Below are positions 1-8,351 of a stretch of DNA of 13,006 bases, in pieces. Position numbers and translations under genes: made by a program. This DNA is from Oligoflexales bacterium. Its GTDB lineage: Bacteria > Bdellovibrionota_B > Oligoflexia > Oligoflexales > CAIYRB01. Numbering within the stretch: position 1 is the first letter of the stretch; every line of letters begins with the position of its first letter. The notes under the pieces were generated by a model. It saw only the letters and a program-made list of their open reading frames with translations. It ran no database searches and had not been told where the DNA came from. The stretch is taken from contig JBGSUI010000062.1 in assembly GCA_041736175.1 (NCBI GenBank), forward strand, positions 1-13,006. The letters are read 5' to 3'.

Positions 1-102
1 TTCAAAAAGATGCTCAAACACAAAACTCTAAAATCTGGCTAGTGGTCCTCGGCTATGATAAAAGCGGGAAATTAAGCTGATATTCCGAAGAAAACACACG
101 TT

Positions 103-612
103 TCATATAAATAGATCTTCTGCATTGCAAGATCTAAGAAAGTAGCGTTTCTCGATCGGACCATTAAACAGTATTCGAGTATTTTCATGGTTTGGATTGA
201 GAACGATGCGGCCATAAAGGTATTCGAGATTCTCTTTTGGACCCTCTAAAAATTGGATAAAACTATTGGCGAAATGAATCAGATATCCGGTCAAATCTAG
301 TTGGGCATTTCTAACTTTAGCTTTGGAGTATATGGTTTCGCAAACTAGAGGAATTTTAGACTCATCTACCAAAGAGCGGCTTACCGAGACCAACCCATAA
401 ATTGGTGATTGGGTTTGCTTAAGCCCATTCTCTGGTGACGGTTTGCTTCCCATGTCCGTTTGAAGATCTGCCATAATTTTCAGGAGATTGATCACTCGGT
501 CCCTAATATCCTTTTGCTCGGTTCTCAAGCTTATAATCCTCAAATGACCCTCAATAATCCGTAAATGATTGGAGATACTTTCTGATTGGATAAAGGCTTG
601 CTCATGATGCAT
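103..612 (-). CDS. BLUF-domain protein (degenerate) with N-terminal helical extension
   Basis: The C-terminal half matches the BLUF pattern (..RNAQLDLTGYLI..FIQFLEGP..LYGRI..H..R.F). Start moved from 663 to ATG at 612, which follows AAGGAGGT and overlaps the end of the kinase gene by 11 nt. The conserved Tyr is replaced by Ser and the C-terminus may be frameshifted. Confidence 0.8.
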   Translation of the reverse strand: MHHEQAFIQSESISNHLRIIEGHLRIISLRTEQKDIRDRVINLLKIMADLQTDMGSKPSPENGLKQTQSPIYGLVSVSRSLVDESKIPLVCETIYSKAKVRNAQLDLTGYLIHFANSFIQFLEGPKENLEYLYGRIVLNPNHENTRILFNGPIEKRYFLRSCNAEDLFI

Positions 613-3600
613 TTTTGACCTCCTTAGCATTGAGTAAAGCCTCTTTGAGATCGTGGATCTCAAATGGCTTTCTCAAAATCCTATCGATAAAAGAATTCCT
701 TCGATTCCCCAAAGATTTAATCATGTTGTCACTGGGATCACCTGTTACTAAAATACAGGGAATCCTTAATTTAAGAACTTCCCTTATAGCCTTGATCAAT
801 TCAGCTCCATTCATTTGCGGCATCTGCATATCCGTCACGACATAATCAAAGGCTTCAGTTTCAAGACACTCAAGAGCACCTTTGGCTGTGGAAAAATCAA
901 CAACTTTGCATCCAAGTTCTTCAAGATCAGATTTAATGAGCCCCCTTAGAACTTCTTCATCGTCGACCAAAAGTACTCGAACGCCTTTAAACTCACTAAG
1001 TGACTTATTCTCTGTTTGGTTACTCCGCTCTTCACCCTTGATCGACACGTCTATCTTACCTGTGTATTCGGGGATAATAATCCTGAAGCAACTCCCAATA
1101 CCAAATTCGCTGTTCACTTCGATTCGACCACGATTATCTGCTACCATTTTTTTAGAAATTGACAAACCAAGTCCAGTGCCTTTACCTAATTCTTTCGTAG
1201 TATAAAATGTAGTAAAGATTTTTTTCATTTGTTCCTGAGTCATTCCGATTCCAGTGTCGGTAACACTCAACTCTATTTCTTTTTTGGAATTTCTACTGAT
1301 ATCTATTTCAATCCTTTTGACACTCTGTGACTCTACAGCATCCTTCGCATTAGCAATTAAATTCATAAGAACCTGCTGAATTTGACCATAGTTCACCTCT
1401 ACAAAATACTCGGCAGAAGGGGAATTAAACGAAAGTGATATACCCATTCTCTCGTATATTTCTTTAATAAGACTCAACAGATTATTAACCAATTCTGAGA
1501 GTAAACAGGGTTTAACAACCGATTCGTGTCGAGCAAAAATACGCAGGCCGCTTACGATGTCCCGTATCCGAATAGCCGCGCTTTCTTGTTGACCGAATAT
1601 TTGCTCAATATCGTTTGAAAGCTGCGACCTATTTCCTAGGATCTTTTTTAGTATCTTATTGTTTCCCATCAAAATAGCTAATGGATTGTTGATTTCATGA
1701 CCCACTCCAGCAGCAAGCTCACCGATAGAGGCGAGTTTGGAGTTTTGAAAACTCTGCTGACGCTGCTCCTCAAGTTGTATCTCTGCTAAAGTGACTTCGG
1801 TGATATCTCTATTGACCCCGATGACGCGAACCGGTTTGCCGACATAGTCATGATAGACTTTGGCGGAACCGTGGATGTAGCGAATCTCTCCATTTCTCAG
1901 AATACGCCATGTTCTATCAAAAATGACTCCCGATTTAATGGATTCTTGCAAGGCTGCCTCAGTCTGGGCAAGATCTTCGGGGTAAACACTCTTCTGCCAG
2001 TCAGTGTAGGTGAACTGTTCATCCTGTTTCTCGATTCCGTAGATCTCTTGTTGCTGTTTATTCCAAAACAAAGCTTCTGATTGAAGATTTAAGTCCCAGA
2101 TGCCGATTTTGGCCATAGCGAGCGCCAAATCCATGCGTTCACTCATAAACCGACTTTCAGAAATGTCTTGAACCGTGCCTCGAATCTGAAAAACTTTGCC
2201 TAGTTGGTCTCGAACGGGACGTCCGGAAATCCTCACCCAAATAACTCTGCCCAGGGCTGTTGTGCAAGAATAGGTACCCTCAAAGGGCTGCCCCAAACTT
2301 GCGCAACGATCGATGCACCTTTCGAGAATGATCCTGTCTTTTTGTGAATAGTAGGCCATCCCAATACCCGACTTGGGAATGGTATTGGCTGAAGTTTCGT
2401 AAATATCGTAGATTTGCTTTGTCCAGGTACTAGATTGGGTACGGAGGTCTAGGATCCAGCCGCCAATTTTTGCCTCTGATTGAGTCTCATTCAAAAGATG
2501 CTCGCGGACGATTGACTCCGTGATATTGACGAGACTGATAACACATCCTTGATGCTGGGATAAATCGTTGTAGTAAGGTACTACGGCACAGAGATAGCTT
2601 TCGGCAGTTTTAGACTGAATCTCAAACTTTGCAGAAACAATTTCACCATTTTCCAGCTGCTCTTTAACAGGCTGTAAATGAGTGGAAAAATCTAATTCAA
2701 AAATATTTCGACCTATATCGGAATTGCGAATATAAAAGCTATCCTCGACGACAGGTGTGATGCGCCGAATGATTGATTTTTTGTCAAGAAAGATAACCCC
2801 AACCCGCGTGGAATTGATGAGGTTACTCAAATCATCGTTCATTGTGGAAATTAGGTCAATTTTTTGCTGGAGCTCTCCGTTAAGGGTATAGAGCTCTTCA
2901 TTGACAGAGCTGAGTTCTTCATTGGTGCTTTGCAATTCTTCGTTTGAAGCAATCAATTCTTCGTTAGATGTTTGAAGTTCCTCATTGGTCAATTCCAGTT
3001 CCGTAACTGCCTCTTGCAAAGCGATCTTAGTCTGATCTAGTTCCACTTTGAGTGAATAAGCCACGTCATCACTGGACACCAAGCTACGCTTGATCATGTC
3101 TTGCGGCGGTGCTGGGGATCTACCTACTAGGCAGAGGTAGTAATTTTTTTGAGCCGGTCCCGGCATACAAGATATGGAAATGGCGATGGCCGAAGGTTCC
3201 TGGCCTTCTGAGTAAAGAATAATGTTTTCAAAACAAATGGTTTTAGACGACGCTTTAGCTTCTGAAATTCCTACTCTTAAGCTAAGCAGTACTGATTCAT
3301 GAACCAACGTATCAATCCGGTTGGTGAGCACGCCATCCGTCCTCTGATTAAGCAGCAGGTGCCCCTGCCCGAAGACAGCACAAAGTTCCAACTGATCATC
3401 GATCAAAATCGAATCTGGATAGAGGGATACAAAAACATCATGGATCGGATTGCCTTTGAGGGCTAACCTTTCGGATTTTAGCTGAGCCATAGAGTTCGCA
3501 TTCAGGTTGTTCATCCGAGGGGCTCGCCATTGGGATGATAGAGTTCCATCTGTATTGCGCAGTTTTTTAAACAAACGCCATTTTTTGTCGATGGGGGTGA

Positions 3601-4957
3601 AGTATTGTTGGAGAAAGCCCATCGTCTCGGATGGTCCCAGAGCTAAAACACCATTGATACGAATGCTAAAGACTAGGTTCAGCAGACTCCTGCTCTGGGC
3701 GGTGGGATTTAGATAGATAAGGAGATTGCGACAAACAGCTAGATCAATCCCTGAAAAGGGGGGGGATTGAAGGAGATCATGGCGGGAGAAGATGATCATT
3801 TCACGATAATATCGTTTGATGATGTATCCAGCATTGACTCGATCAAAGTATTTGAGACGAAAATCCATAGGTACGTTTTCAAGGGAACTTTCTAAATAGA
3901 ATCCACGTGCGGCAACATCTAGGTTTTGTGCATTGACATCAGTGGCAAAAAGTTTAATAGGATTCTTAAGGCCGCGACGATCAAATATTTCAACGACAGT
4001 CATCAACAGAGAATAGGCTTCTTCCCCATGGGAACAGCCTGCGGACCAAATTCGGTATTCTATCCCTGGTTCAGGGTCAATTGTTTCTAGCATGATTCTT
4101 AAAGACTCAAAAAAATCTGCATCACGGAAGAAGGTTGTCACCGAAATAAGTATTTCGTTGAGGAAAGCTAAGCGTTCCTTTGGATCGGTAATCAAAAGCT
4201 CGATATAATTCTTGGCCGATTCAAGTTTGAGGCCTTGCATACGCTTTGCAGTTCGTCGACATACCGTCGCAAATTTATAGTCTCGCACATTAATACCAAA
4301 TTCGTCGCTAATAACCCGTGCAATCCCATCGATGTTTGCATGGACTTCGTCAAAGAGTTTATTGGACAAAAAATCGTTTGAATTCTCCCTAAGGCTAGCC
4401 TTGATTTCGTTAAATATAATATGGGCCTCTAAGCTTTTAGAGTAGAATCCGGAATTGATCACGGCTTCAGGCATACTGGGAAATTCAGCTTCTAAAGGAT
4501 CCTGGACAAAAACTTCTCCTCCAGCTTCATAAATATCTTGGCAACCTTTAAGACCATCGTTGCCACTTCCCGATAAAATGACACCAAAACCTCTCGTTTT
4601 GTACTCGATCGCTATGGCCCGGAAGAAAAAATCTATGGACCTCGTTGGTGCGTGATCCGCGGGCAGCTCCGTAAGCACAAAGTAGCCCTTGATGACGGCC
4701 ACCTGGCTTCCGGGGGGGCTCAGATAGATCGTATCTCCTTCGATAATGGCACCCGACTCGATGATCTTGAGCGGGATTTTGACGATATCTGTTAAGATAT
4801 CTTTCATATAGCTACGTTTATCTGGAGCAAGGTGCTGGCATATCACATAGGTTATTGGTATCGAGGCCGGTTGGATCTGGGACACAAGAGCTTTAATGGC
4901 CACGAGGCCGCCTGCTGAAGCCCCAATCCCTACGAGATGAGAGGAGATTTGTTTCAT
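602..4957 (-). CDS. CheB methylesterase/CheR methyltransferase fusion hybrid sensor histidine kinase (CheB-CheR-coiled coil-PAS domains-HisKA-HATPase-REC)
   Basis: CheB motifs GIGASAGG, QHL, SGSGNDG. CheR motifs TTFFRD, RIWSAGCSHGEEAYS, CRNLLIY. PAS/PAC-like segments. H-box GVGHEINNPL, N-box QVLMNLIANAKDA, G boxes DTGIGM and FYTTKELGKGTGLGL. Receiver motifs VLLVDDE, VVTDMQMP, KPF. Confidence 0.95.
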   Translation of the reverse strand: MKQISSHLVGIGASAGGLVAIKALVSQIQPASIPITYVICQHLAPDKRSYMKDILTDIVKIPLKIIESGAIIEGDTIYLSPPGSQVAVIKGYFVLTELPADHAPTRSIDFFFRAIAIEYKTRGFGVILSGSGNDGLKGCQDIYEAGGEVFVQDPLEAEFPSMPEAVINSGFYSKSLEAHIIFNEIKASLRENSNDFLSNKLFDEVHANIDGIARVISDEFGINVRDYKFATVCRRTAKRMQGLKLESAKNYIELLITDPKERLAFLNEILISVTTFFRDADFFESLRIMLETIDPEPGIEYRIWSAGCSHGEEAYSLLMTVVEIFDRRGLKNPIKLFATDVNAQNLDVAARGFYLESSLENVPMDFRLKYFDRVNAGYIIKRYYREMIIFSRHDLLQSPPFSGIDLAVCRNLLIYLNPTAQSRSLLNLVFSIRINGVLALGPSETMGFLQQYFTPIDKKWRLFKKLRNTDGTLSSQWRAPRMNNLNANSMAQLKSERLALKGNPIHDVFVSLYPDSILIDDQLELCAVFGQGHLLLNQRTDGVLTNRIDTLVHESVLLSLRVGISEAKASSKTICFENIILYSEGQEPSAIAISISCMPGPAQKNYYLCLVGRSPAPPQDMIKRSLVSSDDVAYSLKVELDQTKIALQEAVTELELTNEELQTSNEELIASNEELQSTNEELSSVNEELYTLNGELQQKIDLISTMNDDLSNLINSTRVGVIFLDKKSIIRRITPVVEDSFYIRNSDIGRNIFELDFSTHLQPVKEQLENGEIVSAKFEIQSKTAESYLCAVVPYYNDLSQHQGCVISLVNITESIVREHLLNETQSEAKIGGWILDLRTQSSTWTKQIYDIYETSANTIPKSGIGMAYYSQKDRIILERCIDRCASLGQPFEGTYSCTTALGRVIWVRISGRPVRDQLGKVFQIRGTVQDISESRFMSERMDLALAMAKIGIWDLNLQSEALFWNKQQQEIYGIEKQDEQFTYTDWQKSVYPEDLAQTEAALQESIKSGVIFDRTWRILRNGEIRYIHGSAKVYHDYVGKPVRVIGVNRDITEVTLAEIQLEEQRQQSFQNSKLASIGELAAGVGHEINNPLAILMGNNKILKKILGNRSQLSNDIEQIFGQQESAAIRIRDIVSGLRIFARHESVVKPCLLSELVNNLLSLIKEIYERMGISLSFNSPSAEYFVEVNYGQIQQVLMNLIANAKDAVESQSVKRIEIDISRNSKKEIELSVTDTGIGMTQEQMKKIFTTFYTTKELGKGTGLGLSISKKMVADNRGRIEVNSEFGIGSCFRIIIPEYTGKIDVSIKGEERSNQTENKSLSEFKGVRVLLVDDEEVLRGLIKSDLEELGCKVVDFSTAKGALECLETEAFDYVVTDMQMPQMNGAELIKAIREVLKLRIPCILVTGDPSDNMIKSLGNRRNSFIDRILRKPFEIHDLKEALLNAKEVKNAS
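2870..3002 (-). repeat. Heptad (xxxNEEL) coiled-coil repeat inside the CheB-CheR kinase
   Basis: Translation ELELTNEELQTSNEELIASNEELQSTNEELSSVNEELYTLNGEL shows 7-aa (21-nt) periodicity. Confidence 0.9.
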
Positions 4958-5142
4958 AAATTGACCTTATGAGGGTTGAGCTTGGACCCTTCAGATTCTA
5001 CCAGATTTGACCTTTCAACAAAATACAATGGACGAGTGTAGCTGCTCCACATGGGTAGAACGCAATTTGGGTTGGAGAATCTGCACTGACGAGAACCAGC
5101 ATTATCCCCTAAAGTTTGTGTGTACTTTGTCCGACAAGAGAC

Positions 5143-5165
5143 TATAATGGCAAATTGAGAGGAAG
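5143..5165 (+). promoter_or_regulatory. Putative sigma70 -10 box and RBS of the TA operon
   Basis: Perfect TATAAT at 5143-5148 and GAGAGGAAG just before ATG 5168. No clear -35 box. Confidence 0.55.
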
Positions 5166-5167
5166 CC

Positions 5168-5437
5168 ATGACCCAAGTACGCAAACAAGACAACCGCCTC
5201 GATGTCCGAATCTCTGAAGAAGATAAGGAACTTATCGAAACAGCTGCACGCTTAAAGGGGCAAAAGATGAGCGTCTTTATTATAGAAAATATGCGACAAG
5301 TATCTAACAAAATTATAGAAACAGAGAAAAAAATCAGTTTGACTGACCCAGCATGGGACAAATTTGTCGACTTGGTCACCAACCCGCCAGAACCAACAAC
5401 AAGTTTAGTCAATGCCTTTGGGAAGTTGAAAGCTTGA
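5168..5437 (+). CDS. DUF1778-family ribbon-helix-helix antitoxin (TacA/AtaR/KacA-like)
   Basis: 89 aa with RLDVRISEEDKELIETAA..G..MSVFI and I.L....WDKFVDLVTNPPEP...L motifs. Lies directly upstream of a GNAT gene. Confidence 0.92.
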   Translation: MTQVRKQDNRLDVRISEEDKELIETAARLKGQKMSVFIIENMRQVSNKIIETEKKISLTDPAWDKFVDLVTNPPEPTTSLVNAFGKLKA

Positions 5438-5937
5438 TTTTGGATCTCACCTGGAAGTCCCTCCCGCCTGATCTTGACCGCTCCACATTTGACTGCGGCA
5501 TAGACCAGCTAAACTTCTACTTTAGAAAACACGCCGGACAAAACCACCGCAGCCGCCTTTCGGTTTGCACAGTAGCTTTGTCCCCCAACGAGTCTATCGT
5601 CGGTTTTTATACTTTATCGGCTGGAGAAATTGCCCGCGCCTCCTTTCCGCCTGATCTCATTAAAGGTTTACCGCGTTACCCGGTGCCCGTTATTCGCATT
5701 GGCCAACTTGCGGTGGGTAGCAAGTATCAAGGCCAAGGAGCGGGGAAAGTCATTTTGGCCCACGCTCTGCGCACAATCTTACTCAATCAGGTCTATAGCG
5801 CTGTTGCTGTCGTTGTGGACAGCGCGTCAGGCCGATCGACTGAATTCTATAAACGCCACGGATTTGTCCCCATCGCAGACGAAAAACCAAACACCTTTGT
5901 GATTGCGATTAAAACGATTGAGAAAGCGTTCAAGTAA
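5434..5937 (+). CDS. GNAT acetyltransferase toxin (TacT/AtaT/KacT-like)
   Basis: Motifs FDCG..LN.YF, GFYTL, PVPVIRIGQLAV, acetyl-CoA loop QGQGAG and FY..HGF. Likely start is TTG at 5434, overlapping the antitoxin stop (TTGA), rather than ATG 5353. Confidence 0.92.
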   Translation: MILDLTWKSLPPDLDRSTFDCGIDQLNFYFRKHAGQNHRSRLSVCTVALSPNESIVGFYTLSAGEIARASFPPDLIKGLPRYPVPVIRIGQLAVGSKYQGQGAGKVILAHALRTILLNQVYSAVAVVVDSASGRSTEFYKRHGFVPIADEKPNTFVIAIKTIEKAFK

Positions 5938-5959
5938 GTCTATTCGTATGGTATTACGG

Positions 5960-6793
5960 TTAGAATCCTTTGCTAGACTCCCCAATAGACCTCACCAGGG
6001 TTTTCAAAATGATCGACTGGTCCAGGGTTTTAAGTCCTAACGCTTGAGATACCTGTCCTACCGGATAGGGCCTGAGACCGACCTCTACCAAGCGCTGGTC
6101 GTCGGACAAAATCCTCCAGGGGTCGGCGAGGTCCACCAAGGATCCACGGTGGAGAACAGCCACTTGGTCTGCTGTCCTCGCCAGGAAATCCCAGTCATGG
6201 GTGGAGTAGACGATGGTTTTGCCGCGGTTTTGAAACCCCCTCAGCAACCCTTCGAGAAGGGACTGGTGGTGGACGTCTAGGCCCAGAGTTGGTTCGTCCA
6301 AAACCAAAAAATCAGGATCCATCACCATCACACCTGCTAAGGAGACTAGCTTTTTTTGGCCAAAACTCAGCCGAGAAACCGGTTGCTGCAAAAGCAGACT
6401 GATCCCAAACTCCTCGGCGATCTGCGCCACCTGCCCCCTCGTCTCCTGGGAGGTGCGTCCCAGATTAAGGGGGCCAAAAGCTAGGTCCTGCTCCACCGTC
6501 GGAGCCACCAACTGGTGATCGGGGTTTTGAAAGACAAAACCCACCTTTTGCCGCAGCTCTTTAAGCCCCCTTTGGCGGTAGTCAACCGGTCGGCCCCCAT
6601 AAAGCAGCGTCCCCTGGGTCGGCCTGAGAAGGCCATTGAGTAGCATAAGCAGCGTGGATTTGCCTGATCCATTGGCACCGATCAAAGCCAAACAGGATCC
6701 ACATGTGATCTCAAGCTGGATCTCCCGCAGAGTACTCTCCCCTGGTCGGTAGCCAAAGGATACTTTTTGCAACTCCATCGTGTTTAGTACCAA
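5960..6793 (-). CDS. cbiO: Cobalt ECF transporter ATPase (A component)
   Basis: Walker A GANGSGKST, Q-loop FQNPDHQL, signature LSFGQKK, Walker B LVLDEP, H-loop STHD. AGGAG precedes the TTG start. Last gene of cbiN-Q-O. Confidence 0.92.
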   Translation of the reverse strand: MVLNTMELQKVSFGYRPGESTLREIQLEITCGSCLALIGANGSGKSTLLMLLNGLLRPTQGTLLYGGRPVDYRQRGLKELRQKVGFVFQNPDHQLVAPTVEQDLAFGPLNLGRTSQETRGQVAQIAEEFGISLLLQQPVSRLSFGQKKLVSLAGVMVMDPDFLVLDEPTLGLDVHHQSLLEGLLRGFQNRGKTIVYSTHDWDFLARTADQVAVLHRGSLVDLADPWRILSDDQRLVEVGLRPYPVGQVSQALGLKTLDQSIILKTLVRSIGESSKGF

Positions 6794-6802
6794 GGCCTAC
6801 TC

Positions 6803-7564
6803 CTAAAGGATGGAATGCATCCTACAAAAAATCCCCAATATCGTTAAGACTCCCACCGCACTGAGCCACAGGGCGGCTTCTCCAGAAATGGTCGACCAAC
6901 CATAGACTTTTTCCCCGTCTTCGAGGCTTCTAAAGGTGCCTCCCCAGGACCGGGCTTCGAGGGCTTGGTGGGTGGTTTCCACCAGCCCCATAGCCTCGGT
7001 GAGGAGCTTGGGGACGCCTAAGGTTAGCCCTAACCACCGGGTTTTGAGTCCAGAGTCCCCTAACCGCGACCTTTGGCCTAGGGCCACGGCCTGGCTAAAC
7101 GCCACCAAATTTTGGATCTGCCGTAGGACCAAATAAAAAAGCTCTAGGAGCAGTGGCGGAATTCCGAGACGACCCAAGGTCCCAAAGATCTTAGTGATGG
7201 GAATATTAAGCAGCAGCGTAAACATACAGGAGGTGGTTCCCACAAAAACTCCGCTTACCGCTGCGAGGCGATGTCCATGAAAAACAGAGTCGCTGCTGCC
7301 CCCTTTCACAAGCTGCACCAGATCGATCCCGACCACTGCCAAACCAGGAAGACTGTAGAACAAGCAGCTAGCGAGCACCCAGGCAAAAACCTTTGCCGAT
7401 TGAGTCCACCTTTGGTTAAACCATGCCAACACTAAGACCGTCACGAGAGAAAACACCAGGGACTGGCTCACCATAGCAAGAATCCACAAAATCCCTAGTC
7501 CAAATGCCTTGACGGACAGGTTTTCCTGATTTTTAAGAGAGTGATCTTCGAAGGGACCTAACAT
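6803..7564 (-). CDS. cbiQ: Cobalt ECF transporter transmembrane T component
   Basis: Hydrophobic protein with coupling-helix motifs QRSRLG and ALEAR. Sits between cbiN and cbiO. Start moved to ATG 7564, which overlaps the cbiN end and follows AAGGA. Confidence 0.82.
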   Translation of the reverse strand: MLGPFEDHSLKNQENLSVKAFGLGILWILAMVSQSLVFSLVTVLVLAWFNQRWTQSAKVFAWVLASCLFYSLPGLAVVGIDLVQLVKGGSSDSVFHGHRLAAVSGVFVGTTSCMFTLLLNIPITKIFGTLGRLGIPPLLLELFYLVLRQIQNLVAFSQAVALGQRSRLGDSGLKTRWLGLTLGVPKLLTEAMGLVETTHQALEARSWGGTFRSLEDGEKVYGWSTISGEAALWLSAVGVLTILGIFCRMHSIL

Positions 7565-7896
7565 GGGTCCTTTTGATACTTTAAATAGGCGATTCCATAC
7601 CCCAGAAAACCAGCCCCTAAGGCTGCCTGGAGGGCAAAAAGCAGGCTCGCCACCTCGCCGCTCGGGGGCTCCCAAAAGGGAGTGATCCAAGGCTGATACT
7701 CTGGACTGATCTCACCGATAAGGGCGCCAGCCTGTTCGTCCGCCCCAGCAAATTTTGCCTCCTGTTGCAGCACCAAGGGCACCACAATAAGTCCGGCTAG
7801 CAAAAAGGTGCCAACCACAAGATAGTGGCGTTTGGTCCACGCCTCCAATAAGCGGGAGAGCCCCGCAAGATTTCCAAAAAGCCCAGGTTGTCCCAT
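7558..7896 (-). CDS. cbiN: Cobalt transport protein CbiN
   Basis: FAGADEQA..I..I.PEYQPW..PFWEPPSGEVASLLFALQAALGAG..GY signature. AAGGA RBS overlaps the stop of the mini-cbiM. Confidence 0.95.
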   Translation of the reverse strand: MGQPGLFGNLAGLSRLLEAWTKRHYLVVGTFLLAGLIVVPLVLQQEAKFAGADEQAGALIGEISPEYQPWITPFWEPPSGEVASLLFALQAALGAGFLGYGIAYLKYQKDPC

Positions 7897-7905
7897 GGTT
7901 GTTCC

Positions 7906-8253
7906 TTAGATTGAGGCAAGCTGGAGGGACGTCAGGATCGTCCCCAGCCCTAGACCCGTCGGGTGGGAGCAGCTCCCTGTCACGGACGGCAGCTTGAGGG
8001 CAGAGAGTACAAAGGTAAAGGCAGCTGCCATGACAAGCAGCATCTTCCGGCGACTATCGGCTTCGAGATCTTGTTTGAGTCGCCTGATCCCCACCCCGAT
8101 CACCGGGAGCATCAGGAGCCACCAACCGACGGCGTGGGTGGCTGGGAGAAAACCTTCCATAATATGCATGGCCTGGGCTTCTTGGCCCGACAAGGCCAAG
8201 GATGTCATCAAAACACCGATGGTCCTCATCAATGAGACCTTCTTGCTCGTCAT
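7906..8253 (-). pseudogene. cbiM: Internally deleted cbiM copy (115 aa, still in frame); pseudogene or mini-CbiM
   Basis: The first 107 codons match full cbiM (2 aa changes). An exact 228-bp in-frame deletion follows (equivalent to 10393-10620, CA microhomology), then a retained 21-bp island (7914-7934 = 10372-10392, TSLQLA), then loss of the C-terminus. Confidence 0.85.
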
Positions 8254-8350
8254 CCCCAACACCCCACTGCTACATTCTGTCTTTCTATGTTCGACCGCGA
8301 AACCAACCTAAAAGTGGCCAAACCTAGCTTTAATAACAGGGGACGTCAAG
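7933..8350. repeat. Direct repeat copy 1 (cbi promoter + 5' cbiM), paired with 10619-11037
   Basis: Manual alignment gives 24 substitutions and 1 indel over ~418 bp (~94% identity). Confidence 0.97.
8321..8349 (-). promoter_or_regulatory. sigma70-type promoter of mini-cbiM-cbiNQO (TTGACG-N17-TAGGTT)
   Basis: -35 at 8349-8344, 17-bp spacer, -10 at 8326-8321. Lies in a 35-bp block identical in both repeat copies, and homology stops 1 bp past the -35. Confidence 0.75.
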
Positions 8351-8351
8351 A

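Noticed and set aside
615..3716. Plus-strand ORFs 615-845, 882-1205, 1850-2080 and 3507-3716
   Set aside because: Antisense shadows of the CheB-CheR kinase with no recognisable motifs.
5116..5137. Weak dyad TGTGTAC-TTT-GTCCGACA as a TA operator
   Set aside because: The position is plausible but the symmetry is too imperfect to call.
4954..5902. ORFs 4954-5412 (-), 5630-5902 (+) and the 5353 start for the toxin
   Set aside because: They overlap the well-supported TA genes. TTG 5434 gives the normal toxin length and stop-start coupling.
6044..8311. ORFs 6044-6280, 6481-6678, 6936-7136, 7963-8235, 7994-8311 and the 7690 start of cbiQ
   Set aside because: Shadows of cbi genes. The 7690 start would overlap cbiN by 133 bp.
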